Shown here: one piece after another, positions 28,469 through 43,294 of the stretch
How positions within the stretch are numbered: the first letter of the stretch is position 1
How the letters are laid out: each line of letters starts with the position of its first letter
Assembly (NCBI GenBank): GCA_964016885.1
Contig: OZ024741.1
Coordinates: forward strand, 171,864,001 to 171,928,000
Direction of reading: 5' to 3'
Length of the DNA: 64,000 nucleotides
Source: Eledone cirrhosa
Taxonomy: Eukaryota
The notes under the pieces: generated by a model
What the model was told of the DNA's origin: nothing
The model's input: the letters and a program-made list of their open reading frames with translations, nothing else
The model's database searches: none
Program-made: the position numbers and the translations under genes

Positions 28469-28470
<2 letters not shown>
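28270..28470. mobile_element. Old fold-back family D element
   Basis: Diverged copy of 43294-43555: CTGATTA..GAAACAGTTCTAGTTCTGTA and GTATTGAGTACC tail. Confidence 0.65.
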
Positions 28471-28509
<39 letters not shown>

Positions 28510-28839
28510 AGTGTGTATGTAAGAAGTAAACAGAACTATATATATATACATATATATATATATGTGCATGTGTGTATGTGTGCGTGTGTGAGTGCGTATG
28601 TAAATAGTAAATAGAAATATATATATATATATATATATACATATGTGTGTGTATGTGTGTGTGTGTGTGTGTGAACTTGTGAGAAAGGATATATAAATGC
28701 ATAGTTATATGCATATGGAGATACTTTTATCTTAATAAAGAGACTAGCAACTCCAAAATGATTTTACGTTCATTTTATCTAATTCATATTTTGATTAATT
28801 TAAAACAGAAACCAATCAAATTCCACATTGTAGTTATGA

Positions 28840-29020
28840 GATAATTGTTTCTACTATTGGCACAAGGCCAGCAATTAACCCAGTGTATTACTGGTATTTT
28901 ATTTTATCGACCCCATAAGGATGAAAGGCAAAGTTAACCTTGGCGGGATTTGAATTCAGACCATAAAGGGCCGTAACTCTGCAAAGCATGGCGTCTGACC
29001 CTCTACCGTTACTGCCTCCT
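28840..29020 (-). mobile_element. SINE S1 copy
   Basis: Reverse complement of S1. Confidence 0.85.
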
Positions 29021-30419
29021 TTGTTAAAACTAGCTGACAAAACAAGTCATAAATTCAGTTGGCGAAAAGAAGACCTATTTGAAATATATGATTTTTAATT
29101 GGGGACTTTTTAGTTTACTCTTTTTCACATCTGTCATGTAGATTAATGTCACAACTTGAGATAACTTTAAATGTTAGCTATTTATCATGCACTTTGAGGT
29201 ATTGTGCCTGTGATGTTGACATTTTGGATAATGTAGTGCTAGAGTTTTGCATATATGAAAAAAAAAAACGATTTTCAATGATGGAATGTTTGTGATCATA
29301 GGTCTGCTTGATTAAGAGTAACCTAGGGCTAAACAGCAATAACTGGAATGCAAGAATAGAATGGACCGCAAAAAAATAAATCATCATAACTTAACTACCA
29401 CACTGCACTTCAGACAATAAACCACTGTATGTACCAGTGAGATAATGTCTACATGGTTACTAGACCTGTCAAAATAGCAGCCAAATCTTCCTCATATCTC
29501 ACCATCCAGAAGAACATTGAAATGCAGTCCCTGATTCACAAACCGTTATGATGGTCATGGTAGGAACACCTTTCGATCATATTATTACTCAATTAGGGCT
29601 GACCTGGTGTAAACAACAACATGAACTCCCACAAGAACAACAACAGTAATAACCATTGCATGCTATAGAGCACAATAGGGAATATTCGTTGGTGTATTTC
29701 AATCAGTCTGAGACAGATACTAGTAACAAATGGCCACATAGATTCTTTTCTGACAAACTTTCGAATCCCCTGACTATGGATGTGAAATCTGAAATATAGG
29801 GACCAATAAATTTATTCCAAGGTAACTTCATCTCTGGATTTCATTTCATTTTACATTTCTTTTTACATTTCCTTTCTTCTTTACCCGCTTTCTTCCTTCT
29901 TCCACCTGATTTTGTTACCCAGAGATTTATCCATCTGCATTGTAGAGGCTTCCATAACGACCATTTTTCATATTCCACAATACTTCAAGCAAACTCCAAC
30001 ACTTTTATATATATATATATATACAAATATAAATTAGCGAGAATCGTATTTCAGCTATTGGAAATTAGCGAAAAACAACTTCCGAGATGTGTGGCAAGCA
30101 CTCAATAAATTCTAACGAACCAGAGCTACAACATACGTTAAAAGGCCAAACACACTGAGACGATGGTTAAACCATTATCCGCACAGCCATAGAAACGACC
30201 AAGTAATTCGGGTCAAACAAATAAAAAAAATGTGATTGAAAAATATATATATATATATGTGTGTGTGTGTATATATATATATATCTGTATGTTGTTAATG
30301 GTGGATAAAAAAAAGTATTCAATACCAAAGTAGAGTTTAAATACTCATTATATTTACTCTGGAATTCTGCCTGTTTATCACAGGGTCATGAAATAAGAAC
30401 TAACTAACTAATAAAATGA

Positions 30420-30452
<33 letters not shown>

Positions 30453-30892
30453 AATACATACACATATATATGTGTGTGTTTGTGTGTGTGTTCACACACT
30501 CAAAGGTGAGGGAGATAAACACATTTTTGCTATTAGAGCTGACAGTTCATATAATAGTATAGTAAAATATAGCATATGTGAAAATAAAAAGAAATCTAAC
30601 AAAAGCCTAAACTGTAAACAAATTGTATAAAGATTATATGCAAGAAAGTTGATTTTGTCTTCCCATAAACTTCTAATATCTCTTATCTATATTGATTCTA
30701 AACTTATAGCATTTCTCATTCATATTCTTTTTCTTAATTTTATACTCTTGCTTATTCGTATATTTAGATTATAATATTGCTTCTTATTCTTACTTGTAGA
30801 CTCAATGACTCTTTTGCTATTGATTCCATGCTTTACCACAATGAAATGTATGAAGCATATGGCTAAAGCTTATAACAGTGTATTGTGTCATG

Positions 30893-30945
<53 letters not shown>

Positions 30946-31569
30946 TCATCATTTCATCATCATTTCTGTTTAACGTCAATGTTTCCATGCTTGCATGCAT
31001 GGATTAAAAAGTTTGTTCATGTCAAGAGACAAGTCTGGCCAGGGTTGGCCATGTGTCGCATCGTGCTTTGGCAAGGACTGTAAATTTAGCTAGGTATTTT
31101 ACAGCTGGATGCCTTTCCAAACACCAACCAAGTTTACTGTGTGGCACAGGATGGCTCCGTTATGAGGAGAGACAGGTCAGGTGGCTGCGCCAAACCCATT
31201 TTACAATGGGACCATTTTTTTGGAGTGCGACCCATTACACAGTGGGAGCCATAGTTTTGGAACCCCGTAATGGATGACAGAACTACAGTTTGGGAGCCTG
31301 GTGTTGGATGGCACCACTATGTGAAGGGACCAGTGATACCACTATGAGGAGGGACATGCAAGTTGGCAGTGCTGAACCAGTTTCGAAGCCGGGCACTATC
31401 CACATAAATATATTCCTGTGCATGTAAGAGTTTATACCTGTATATATATATATGTAAATATAAACATGTATATATATGTGCATGCAGGTTTGTATGCATA
31501 AACCTATATATATATATATATATGCATGTGCATAGGGGAGTGTATGCATATATATATATATATATATAT

Positions 31570-31845
31570 GTAGTTTAGAAAGCCACAACAATGCAGATGG
31601 GAAATCTCGAGGTAGGAAGTGAGTGAGAAATAGGAGAAAAGTGAAAATTGAGAGAAACGAAAATGAAAACAAAACAAAGGTAGAAGGGTTACCGTAGTGG
31701 AGATTTAATCCCAATATTTCGGGCTCACGCCCATCAACGGGGGAAAGTTCCAAAAGGGGGGGAACAGGCTAAGCCGGAGAAAGTTGTATTGTCGTTAAAA
31801 CATAGGAATGCCGTTATAGGGAAAATTCAAACGAGGGAAAGAATG

Positions 31846-31846
<1 letters not shown>
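31570..31846 (-). mobile_element. Penelope-type pseudo-LTR with a minimal hammerhead-like motif (31709-31744)
   Basis: Minus strand TCCC-CCGTTGA-TGGGC-GTGA-GCCC-GAAA-TA-TT-GGGA; stems intact, core non-canonical; flanked by microsatellites. Confidence 0.5.
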
Positions 31847-31900
<54 letters not shown>

Positions 31901-32249
31901 TACATATATATACGTTCCTAGGTTTTGAGGAGGGATTTCACTGAATTATCCCTGCCAGTGATACACTTTTCAATGGCTGATGAACAAAACAACAAAAATA
32001 TCAGCTTGCTACTGAAAACTCTATGTTCCTAGGAAGGTATATGACAGTTTACCAGAACTAGACAGAGTGTGATATCCATGGTGCAAAACCCATGGTCACT
32101 CATGATCGTAGGGGGGTCTTTGTACACACACACACCCACACACATATATATATATTTGTGGTAGTAACAGAAAACAACTTCCGAAAACACATCTTGAAAT
32201 ATAACAGAATTCCTTTTTTCATTCAAAGCATCTTAGAAAACATGGAAGA

Positions 32250-32790
32250 ATTAGCATGACAAACTGTCATGTGATATTTATTTAGTCTAACTTTTACATT
32301 TTCAGTTCAAATTCCTCCATGATATACGTCAATGTTTATTTTTCTAAGGTTAATAAAATAAACAGCAGTCAAGTATTGGTATTTATATAATCAACTAGTT
32401 CATCTCTCCTCACAATTTAGAGACTTGTGCCTTTGTTAGAAATCATTATGATTGGATTGAGTTCAAATCCCGCTGAGGTTAACTTTGCTTTTCATCCTTA
32501 CGGGGTCGATAAAATAAAGTACCAGTAATGCACTGGGTAATTGCTGGCCTTGTGCCAAACATAGAAACAATTATGATTGGATTGACAGAAATGTTAGAGC
32601 ATTGGTCAAAATATATTGAAGTATTTGTTCTGATTCTTTACATTCTCAGTTCAGACTCTACTGAAATCAACTTTGCCTTTCATTCTTCCAGCGATGATAA
32701 AATAAAGTACCAGTCAAGTGATGGTGTCCATATAATCATTTGTTCTTCACCACCCATCAAATTTCTGGTATTATGTCTGTGTTAAAAATT
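32250..32790 (+). mobile_element. Nested S1 SINEs: young truncated copy (32460-32569) inserted into older copies
   Basis: TSD ATTATGATTGGATTGA on both sides of the young copy. Confidence 0.75.
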
Positions 32791-33007
32791 ATCAACATCA
32801 TCATCACCATCATCACCATCATCACCATCAAGTTAAATATTGCCCTCAAATTGTGAGGAAGAATACTGCTGAAGACATTGTTCATCTTCTTCATTACAAC
32901 ACAACACAGCAACAGCTGCACAATACCAGCAGTGCAACATCACAACAAAATCACAACAACAGAGCAATAATTATTGTGATATTGTAGCATAGTTTTGTGA
33001 TCTACTA

Positions 33008-33202
33008 TTATAATTGTTTATACTTTTGGCACAAGGCCAGCTATTACCCGAGTGTATTACTGGTACTTCATTTTATCGACCCCATAAGGATGAAAGGCAA
33101 AGTTAACCTCGGCGGGATTTGAACTCAGAATGGCAAGGGCCGTAACTCTATGCTAGAAAGCATGGCGTCCGACCCTCTACCGATACTGTCAATTCACCGC
33201 CT
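33008..33202 (-). mobile_element. SINE S1 copy
   Basis: Reverse complement of full-length S1. Confidence 0.88.
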
Positions 33203-33988
33203 TTATAATAGTACATCAAAACAACTAGATTACATAATCACTATAGCATAACAGCAGAACATGATACAATAATATCGTAATAACACAACCATATCACCAT
33301 AGCAGAACAACAAAACAACTGCACATTACAACAACATTACAATAGTAGAACATCACAACATCACCACAGAACTACTTACAGCACAGCAACATCATGACAA
33401 AATCACAATGACGTCACTTTATAAAGGCAAAAAATGTATCATTGTTTTAACTGTTTTTTCTACCCTGTTTCTATTGTGCCAATACAGACCTCAAATATTC
33501 TCTAATTCAAAAATCAGGGGTCTTTATTTAAATCTTTCCTTTCCAATTGCCATTTTCATAATATCTTTTCTATCCTCATTCTCTTTTATCTCTTCCTCTC
33601 CTCTCTTTCTATCATTGTTTAATATACAATTGTAGGTGTTCTGTCTGTTTGGAGTCATCTCTGAAAGGAAGATTTTCTCATGTAATAAACCTTACCCTCA
33701 CCTATTAATCTTGTTCATCCACCAGTTGAAACAAAGGGGCTGCTTCATCTTCTTTATGATCTTGGTATTCAATATATAGTCATATCATTATTTATTGTTG
33801 TTGTTGTTATTTGATCCACATGCATATAACCTTTTACACACTAACTCATAGATTGGAAGACAGTGGGTAATATTTAAAAGCCATGATGTTACATTGGCTC
33901 AAAATCACAGGACAGGTTTGTAAGGAACAAACAGGCTATTTTCAAATATAGATTACCTCTATTATCAACTCCAGAAAGATGAACAGCA

Positions 33989-34023
<35 letters not shown>

Positions 34024-35133
34024 TGTCAACATGAATGGACCTGTTATTTTTATATAAAGACATATTTTCCAATTCCAACCCGCCCATCCCTTCAATCTAT
34101 CTTATTTCTCATTCTTTCTTTTGATGAAGGACTAGTGTCCGAAATGTTAATACCCTCTTCCTGCTATTTCAAGCATTAACCTAATACATTCCTTCCATAT
34201 ACTGTACCGATTGTGTTGTTATTTCTGTTTACCTTTTACATATATATATATACACACACACCCACATATATATATGATGGATCTTCCCTACACAACTTCC
34301 CTCCATTTACTGCAATCTTTCATCATCTCTGAGAAATTCATCCTTTTGAGATCTGCTCTTTCCACTTTTACACATGTCTTCCTCTACCCCAGCTCCCTTC
34401 CACTGAGAATTCCTGGCACTTCATTGCCCAACAATCATGGTCGATATGTATCACATGTGAAGTCTTCTCAGTAGCACTTTAAATTTTATTGCTGTAACAT
34501 CTAGTTTTTCTTTAAGCCCATCCATGTTTTGCCTTTCATGCATATTCACATCACCTATCCATCAAAGTAACTTTGCTTCATTTCTCCCCAGCTTCTTCAT
34601 GTCCTCTGCATTTACTGCCCTTGTAAGGAAAGCACAACCTTATATATCATCATCATCACCATTTAACCTCTATTTTCCATACTGAGGCCAGATAAGTCAG
34701 GTAACAACGTCTTGCTCATATAATCTGTTTTTGATTTGGTTTTCTAAGGCTGGATACCTTTCTAATGCTAACTACCTTCAGAGAGTAGACAGCATGTTTT
34801 TTTTTTCTTTTCGCCAACATAAGTTTACAGTATTGACTTGGTGCTTTAGATAGATAGATAGTCACAGATAGAAGATTGATAGACTAGTATTGATATTTAG
34901 AAGTTAGTAAACTAGATGGGTTATTATAAACAGATAATACTATGATGAGAATAAACATCTAAATCAACATTGTTTCACTTCATTTATCATTAAACTACAT
35001 TAATTTACTATATTCAATAAAACATATTGTGTGTTATTTTTCCTAGCCTAATGAGTAATGGTATTAATGAGTTCAACTGATCCACTACAACCTTCTGGAG
35101 TTACCCATGGAGAACCATTATTAGTAGATTTTA

Positions 35134-35319
35134 ACGGTGGTGGATTGGCAGTATCGGTAGAGGGTCGGACGCCATGCTTTCCAGCATAGTTATGTCCCTT
35201 TACGATCTGAGTTCAAATCCCGCCGAGGTTGACTTTGCCTTTCATCCTTACGGGGTCGATAAAATAAAGTACCAGTAATGCACTGGGTATTTGCTGGCCT
35301 TGTGCCTAAAGTAGAAACA
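35134..35319 (+). mobile_element. SINE S1 full-length copy with 17-bp TSD
   Basis: TSD ATTATTAGTAGATTTTA at 35117-35133 and 35320-35336. Confidence 0.92.
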
Positions 35320-35384
35320 ATTATTAGTAGATTTTAGTAGATCAGTGATACCTGAAGAGAGCGTGAAGAATTACCCAAGCAGAG

Positions 35385-36390
35385 AATAATTATTGATTTT
35401 GTTATTGTCTCTGATCTCTTTGATTCTGTGCTGGATTTTCATGTTAAGAGAGGGGCTGAGAGCTATCAACTGATCACCATTTAGTAATATGCAGCTTGAG
35501 ATTAATTAAAGCCAATGAAGCCTACAAAACTGACAGGTCCAGATCGACCTACCGGATAAAGTGGGAAGCGTTAGTGGATAAGAAAGTCAGGACCAGGTAT
35601 GCAGATACTATTGCATCCAACTTAAGAGAACTCTCTGAGAAAACTGAGGATTTTAAGAGAGGAGATTGTTTATCTCATCAGTTTCTGCTTCATCTTCATG
35701 TGGCACCAAATGGCAGGAGGACCTATTAGTTCAATCAAGAGGTCAAAGATGCCATCCAAGCAAAGGAGGAAGCCTACAAAGCTTGGTTGGAAATAAGTCC
35801 TCCTTCTTGTACTGGCAGTAAAAGCAGGTATGGATAATAGCAGCAGAGACAGTGAAGGCATCCAAAGTTAAAACATGGGCACACTTTGGGGTTAAGCTTG
35901 AATCCAAATTCAGATCAGCAAATAAAGTGTTCTGGCAGACTATCATAATAAGTCCTCTTCCACACCTGCTATTAGGAACACATCTGGGATTTTCTTCTCA
36001 TCAGAGAGGTGCATCCTCATGAGGTGTAGAGAATAAATCACTGATCTAAATCTGATCACAACAGCATCTGATGTACACAAGGTGCATCTGGGATCAGTGA
36101 TTAATCTCTCGGAGGCTGAGGTGAAAATAGCAGTTAAAGAGCTCAAATGTGACAAGACTGCTGAAGAAGATGAAATCTGGCCTGAGACATTAAAAGTGAT
36201 AAATAGAGAAGGTATTCTCTGGCTGACTCATGTGTGCTGACGAGCCTGGATATATGGAAAGGCATCTAGCAATGATACTCGAGAGTGATAATCCCAATTT
36301 TCAAAATGGAAGACAAGATAGATCATGCTAATTACCGAGAGATCTCCTTGTTAAGCCTCCCCAATAAAATCTATGATAAGTGTCTTGCAA
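35385..36390 (+). pseudogene. Decayed RTE-clade (Expander/Rex3-like) LINE fragment, same family as 61760-64000
   Basis: IIDFVIVSD...VKRG, IKWEAL, K.AEEDEI.PE.LK and NYREISLLSLP.KIY.KCL motifs; nucleotide similarity to 62845-63880. Confidence 0.85.
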
Positions 36391-37704
36391 GCCAATAATT
36401 ACCACCTGAAATTACCACATTGAATAGTTTCAATTAACAACAATTATCTGAAAATAATAATGAACATCTTTTACCACAGCTTAGAAAAAGTAAAGAAGAA
36501 TTTCAGAGACGAGTTTCTGTGGAGGAAAGTTAGTTAGATAGATACTGTATGGCCAATTTAAATGACAAACATTGGAATTAACCCTTTAACATTTAAACCA
36601 GCCATATCTAGCTAGAATTCTCTAACTTCTTTCTGTTCAAACTGGTTGTAACTGATCACTCAGACTGATGTCAAGGTATTGTTCTCAAAATAATTAACAT
36701 CAAAATTTCATAGATTCAATATTATGTGCGATAATTATGTGAGGTAAAGTGTTTACTGTGAAAATATGATAGTAAATATAGAGTAAAATAAATGCTAAAG
36801 AGTTAATGACTGAAATGTTGTGTGAATGGCTCACACACAGTGATCTAAAATGGAAGACTGTAACACTGCTGATATCAGTCTAAGATATGAATACTACATC
36901 AGTGTTGAAAGGCATAGATATATCATGGTGAAAGTGTGAAATGTTATCTGACTGAAATTAATATAGGTGTCATCAACACAGCAAGCACATGTAACATGCT
37001 AACTCAGAGAGAATATATATAGGGAGTCATGACAAGGTTTGTATGTAGTTTCATTGGTTAATGTACAAAATATATGGATATCAGGTGTCTGATAAATAGT
37101 ATCAGCATGTCTCAGAAAGTATACTTGACAAAGACAAACACAAGCTACCATGAGACATCATTATCTTAATGTATTAATGGCTTGAACATAATAGAGCTGA
37201 TATATTTATGCATAGAAAAACGTGAGAATGCCAGGTTATTGATGTTACTAATTCAGGAGTCTGCAAAGAAATTGAAAAGAAATTGAAAAGAAATTGAAAA
37301 AATAACAAAATATCCTGACTTGAAAATTGAAAATGCATGAATGTGAACAATGTCACCTAATAACATTAAGGTAATTTTAGTTGTCACTAGACCACCCGAG
37401 ACAAGTTGGGTCACATTCATATCAAAATACTTTTTTTAAATCATGTTCACTTAAAAATAATTTTTAAATAATTAAAATATACACAGACATGTATGTAATG
37501 TGAAAGGAAACTGGAAGGTCCATATATATATATATATATGCAAGTGTATGTATATATATAAATATGTGTGTGTGTGTATATATGTATGTGTGTGTCTGTA
37601 TATATATGTGGGTGTCTGTGATCTATATGCACTGGTCATAGACACACACACACATATATATATATACACACACTGACACATATATATATGTACACAACAC
37701 TACC

Positions 37705-37747
<43 letters not shown>

Positions 37748-38614
37748 ATTCGCCTTCTCTGTCTCCTCTCCCTCTCTCTATGTCTCTCTTTCAATCTACT
37801 CTCTCACAACCATTATCTCTTCCTCTCTATCTTTCTCCCTCTCTCTGTTTATGAAGGTACCCGGAAAAACCCCATATCTCAAGAAACCGTTCTCTGATTT
37901 ATACAAAACTTGTTTTATTCCATTTGTATTCCCATTTCAGGGTCAACTTCCTTTCAAAGTATTTTCCCATTATGCACCCTTTTGGCTGTATTACATTACA
38001 GACAAGAAAGCAAGCAAGCAAGCAATCACAGAGTTTTAGTAGTATATAGATTTGAGCCTTTGACTCAATGCCATTTGATCTAAAAGGATATATTAAGTAA
38101 ATCTTCTACAAAAGCCTGTTCTTTTGGGCACTTCACATATACTCAGGAAAGTACTGTTTGTTTAAGGTTCATGCTAGGACTTAACAGGCAGAAGAAGATC
38201 TAGTAATCATCATAGTTACATTGCAACCCATCAATGATAATAATAAAGATTTTGTTTATTTTTAAGCAATAATATTAATATTCATGCAGATCCTAAAAAT
38301 ATTCAGATCCTAAAATTTTTCAGATTCCGTCTAAAATCGAAGATACACTAACAATTGACGTTTATATGTATATGCATGTGTGAGTATATGAGATTAAATA
38401 TGTGTATAAATATACATAATGAGTTTATACATACACACACACACACATATTTTATTATTTGCCTTTCTTCAATATTTATGATATAAACTAGTCATTTAAG
38501 ATTTTGGTAATTATTTATTGAGTACTATGTGGTATAATGCCTCAGATTAGATCGATAAGACACACTCACATGCACACACATATGAAGATAGATGGACAGA
38601 CATATATCAGAAAA

Positions 38615-38948
38615 TCATCATCATCATCATCATTTTATGTCCACTTTTCCCTGCTTGCAAGGGTGGGACGGGAACTGATTCTGGCTTGATTTCTACAGCT
38701 GGATGCCCTTCCTAACACCAACCTAATTTACAGTGAGTGCTGGGTGCTTTTTTGTCGTGGCACCTTCACGACCACTTTGCAGTGGAATGATATGGACCCC
38801 AGTCCCTATCATCTCATTTCTACAGCTGAGTAAACTGGAGCAATGTGAAATAAAGTGTCTTGCTCAAGGAAACAACATATCACCCGGTCTGAGAATTGAA
38901 CTCACAACCTTTCAATTGCAAGGTCGATGCTCTAACCACTAAGCCACT
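38615..38948 (-). mobile_element. CORE-type SINE S2 copy
   Basis: Reverse complement of 11378-11705; AGAAAAT on both flanks. Confidence 0.85.
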
Positions 38949-39181
38949 AAGAAAATATAGATAGTTATATGCAATCACAAATATATGTCATGTTACAATA
39001 TTTATTTTTTACAGTTATACATGGTATTACAATATTATGTCTAATATATATGCATAAAGAAATGTTTGAATGCACACAAAATATTTAATATATTTTAGGC
39101 AATATATGAATGTCTACATATAACATCCCCATAAGTATTCACATATATAAATGAATACATATATATGTATATATATATACA

Positions 39182-39229
<48 letters not shown>

Positions 39230-39230
<1 letters not shown>

Positions 39231-39694
39231 GTAAATGAATGAGTGACTACAAGAGTTACAAGCCGTTAAAACGTTTCTTTCGGCTTGGAAATCTTTCATT
39301 CACGCATTAATTTGCTTATTCCAGCTCTGCTTAAACCTTATACAAAATATTAACCTTCTCTAATATTTAACCCTGCTAAACCAAGCATCGACCACACTAC
39401 ACTTCGGCTTTTGGCATTTAGTATTCTGTATCGCACCTCTTTGCACCTCCATCCTCTCCTTTAACCCTATTATTATACTTTAACCCTATAATTATATATA
39501 TATAAATATATATAAACTAACCAGGTGAAACTTGAACTGTTAAGATCTCATTCCTGGATATGTCAATATTTATAAAACAAACTTTGTATTTTATCTGATG
39601 AGAGAGTACCAAAGTTTTGGTACCCTTGAAATATATATAATAGAATAAATATTGTTTTATAAAGATAGTTTCCATTTATTAATATCATTGATAA

Positions 39695-39695
<1 letters not shown>
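39230..39695 (+). mobile_element. Family A element, unfolded and longer form, with hammerhead at 39587-39647
   Basis: TATTTTAT-CTGATGA-GAGAGTACCAAA/TTTGGTACCCTT-GAAA-TATATA-TA-ATAGAATA; the upstream ~80 bp match the A arm at 17515-17580; flanked by (TA)n. Confidence 0.8.
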
Positions 39696-39747
<52 letters not shown>

Positions 39748-39750
<3 letters not shown>

Positions 39751-41037
39751 AGCGTGAACCTAATAAACCGTTATTTGTCCCTCCCCTCTTCTCCTCCTCC
39801 CCCCTCCTTATCACACGCACACACTTACACCACCCACCCCACACGCAACTAACATGACTAACACCCTCCAACCCCACGCACACGTACACACACACCCTCT
39901 TACACCACCAACTCTTCACATCCTACCACCACTGACCCCCCACTCACACCCGCATTCAACCCTTTCTCCACCTCCTGTATACTAACACCCACTAACACCC
40001 CCTTCATCAAACAACACACACACCAGTACACCACACTCCCTCCATCGACCCTCACACCCTTCTCTCCCCGCTCCACCCACACCCTTTCTCAAACATTCAC
40101 TCATCCCACTAACACCTCTACTAATACACACACACCCTCCTCACTCCAACTTTCACACCTACCCATCGTCTCCCCTTTACCATTCCACCCTAATGCTGCT
40201 ATGGCCCCTGACCACCTCCCAGCACACACAGACACACAGCACTCCTACTGCCTTGACCACTTCCTGTTCCGCGCGCACCCCACATCTCCCCTCTTCCGAC
40301 CAATCTCTTCACGGATTACACGTATGTGGACCTTCACCGCGGAATCAACCACCATCCTAGGATTTTACTAACCATTCCACCACATCTTCTTACGGAATCA
40401 CCTTTATGATTCACCCACACACACACCCCAAAACATTTTTTTTTCCACACGCCACCTACACCCACAACACGCTTAAACACCACACACACACGTGCGCTCC
40501 ACCACATATTTACACATTCAGCCTCCGGATTCCCCTCCCCCCACCCCTCTATCCACACACGCACACACACTCCGACCTACACACCACCCCACACACACCT
40601 CTTCCTGAACATGCAACCCCATTATTCCCCCAACCCTTGCTTTCACATACACACACACACACACACGTACACCTACACACACACAGCACCTTCAGCCCTC
40701 CCCGCTCGGACACCCCGTCTCCCTCTCCCCACTCCACCCGCCACCACCACTACACGCCCCAAACCCTTCCACCACCTGTTTTACCCCATTTTAATTTTAA
40801 TTTGATCATGCTTTTATTTTTAATTTCATTTGCACCATTTCCTCCCACCCCCCTTTTGCTATATGTCTCTCCACCACTCCCCTACACACCCTTTGAACTC
40901 TCTTCCCACACACTTTTCACCTGAAGAAGGGCTTATGCCTGAAACGTCGTTCTCCACTACCACCCCACTCTCAAGAGCGTGAAATTAATAAACATTCGTT
41001 GTACTGCCTCTCTGTCTTGTTCCTGTTCAAATTTTCC

Positions 41038-41040
<3 letters not shown>
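39748..41040 (+). mobile_element. C/A-rich non-coding element with terminal direct repeat and hammerhead-like motif (family B; 3' fragment also at 10510-10595, -)
   Basis: AAGAGCGTGAA..TAATAAAC at 39748-39768 and 40973-40993; CTGAAGA-AGGGCTTATGCCT-GAAA-CG-TC at 40921-40948; (TA)n on both sides. Confidence 0.6.
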
Positions 41041-41090
<50 letters not shown>

Positions 41091-41093
<3 letters not shown>

Positions 41094-41439
41094 GTAGGAG
41101 GTGAGTTTTATTGTAGTACAATAAAGCAATGCAGATATCGGATAAGAAGCACTCTACAGTTTGTGGGACTGGAGTATGCATAATATAAGATCAAAAGATG
41201 GTTAAAGGAGTTCCATATATTTTATTATGCGCATTTCAAAAACAAACATCATCAAGCAATAATATTTGTGTTTTCATCAGATAAAACAGGAGAACATGAT
41301 ATGAAGGCTAAAAAACACTTGTTGATAGTGCAGTTTTTTATCTGATGAAAACACAAATATTATTGCTTGATGATGTTTGTTTTTGAAATGCGCATAATAA
41401 AATATATGGAACTCCTTTAACCGTCTTTTGATCTTATAT

Positions 41440-41441
<2 letters not shown>
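41091..41441. mobile_element. Fold-back family C element with two hammerheads (41220-41286 -, 41336-41402 +)
   Basis: TTTTAT-CTGATGA-AAACACAAATATTATT/GATGATGTTTGTTTTT-GAAA-TGCGCA-TA-ATAAAA. Confidence 0.85.
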
Positions 41442-41493
<52 letters not shown>

Positions 41494-41558
41494 AATGACT
41501 ATGAATTTAATGAAAGAAGTTATTGAATATTTAATCTAAAGATATCTAAAATTGGTAT

Positions 41559-41618
<60 letters not shown>

Positions 41619-41751
41619 CATGATCGTTTAACGTCTATCTTCCACGCTAGCATGGGTTTAGACGGGAATTGTCCCACGTGAGACAAGATTGGTTGTCTTG
41701 ATCTTATAGGATTGTCTGGTGGGTTTTCTACGGCTGGATGCCCTTCCTAAC

Positions 41752-41782
<31 letters not shown>

Positions 41783-41975
41783 GATATATATATATATTTA
41801 TCTGCAGTGAAAAAGTGACATTCCTGATAATATGATATCATGAAACAGTTCTAGTACTGGAGAGGTCAGCTATATAAAATATATACATTTTGTCTCTACA
41901 AATTTATCTGTTACCTTATTTGCACTGGGTAATTACTGGCCTTGTGCCTAAAGTAGAAACAATTATATATATATG

Positions 41976-42047
<72 letters not shown>

Positions 42048-42481
42048 ATTAGTATATCTACTATATTTATATCCAAATTATTTGTTGAGCGAAACTTACC
42101 AAAATTTACTGCTATGGTTCATGGTAGTAGTTAGGCTCTTGTCATAATACCACCCCACTCCTCACTGATTAACCTCAGTGTCACGTGATTGATTCTTTAG
42201 AATTTGCCACTGACCAGGTAGGCAGTGAATTTTGTCAGTGCCCTGGAATTTAGTCCCCGCTAGCTTTATTCCATCCACTGAATTATTATTTTTATATGGG
42301 TTCCTAGTGTCCGCGCATTGCCTGGGAACTTAGCTGAGAATAGACTCCCTGGTGACGTAAGAACTTCTCTATAGTTACATTACGTAACTATATTTATTCC
42401 CTTACACAAACTAATTAGTTGGATTGAAAATTTTAGTAAGTAAGTTAATTTTTAATTTTTTAAATTTTCTTATTTTACGTC

Positions 42482-42555
<74 letters not shown>

Positions 42556-42900
42556 CTGGTGCAATAACAATACTATACTGTACTTCAAGTTATATATTTT
42601 TAAATTGTTTATCAAGAGTCAGATTTAAACATCTTGCATGTACATAAAAGATTGATAACAATATCAACAATAACAACAACAATAAAAGATATGGTAATTG
42701 TTGTTAATATGAAATTTACAATAGTTAATACCATAATATTTGTGCATATCTCTGTCTATACATAATGCACACACATATGCACATTATCTAATATATATAT
42801 ATATTATATGCATAGACATACATTTTGATTGTGTTTATAGCTCTGTTTAATTATCTGTTTGTGTGTGTATTTGTTTAAATGTGCTTGTGCATGTGCATAT

Positions 42901-42970
<70 letters not shown>

Positions 42971-43238
42971 ATACTTATATAATATATATATATTGTTATA
43001 TATATATATATATTGTTATACTTATATAATATATATATATTGTTATATATATATATATATATTGTTATACTTATATAATAAATTGAAGTGAAAGCAATTG
43101 GTGCGTGTGTTTCCTATTGGCAACATGACCCTCCCAAAGTATAACAATATCGGTTTCAACACACGATTTCAGATAAAGAATCTTGCTAAACAAATTCAGA
43201 AACGAAATATATATATATACCTATATAGATATATATAT

Positions 43239-43293
<55 letters not shown>

Positions 43294-43294
<1 letters not shown>

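Noticed and set aside
29655-29790. Possible minus-strand exon (FHIHSQGIRKFVRKESMWPFVTSICLRLIEIHQRIFPIVLYSMQW after TATTTCAG)
   Set aside because: Weak donor, no recognisable homology, no linkable partner exon; needs RNA-seq or tBLASTn.
37174-37305. Strong minus-strand acceptor (pyrimidine tract + TTTGCAG at ~37262)
   Set aside because: All frames close within 30 codons, and the tract is a short tandem repeat (AAAGAAATTG)n.
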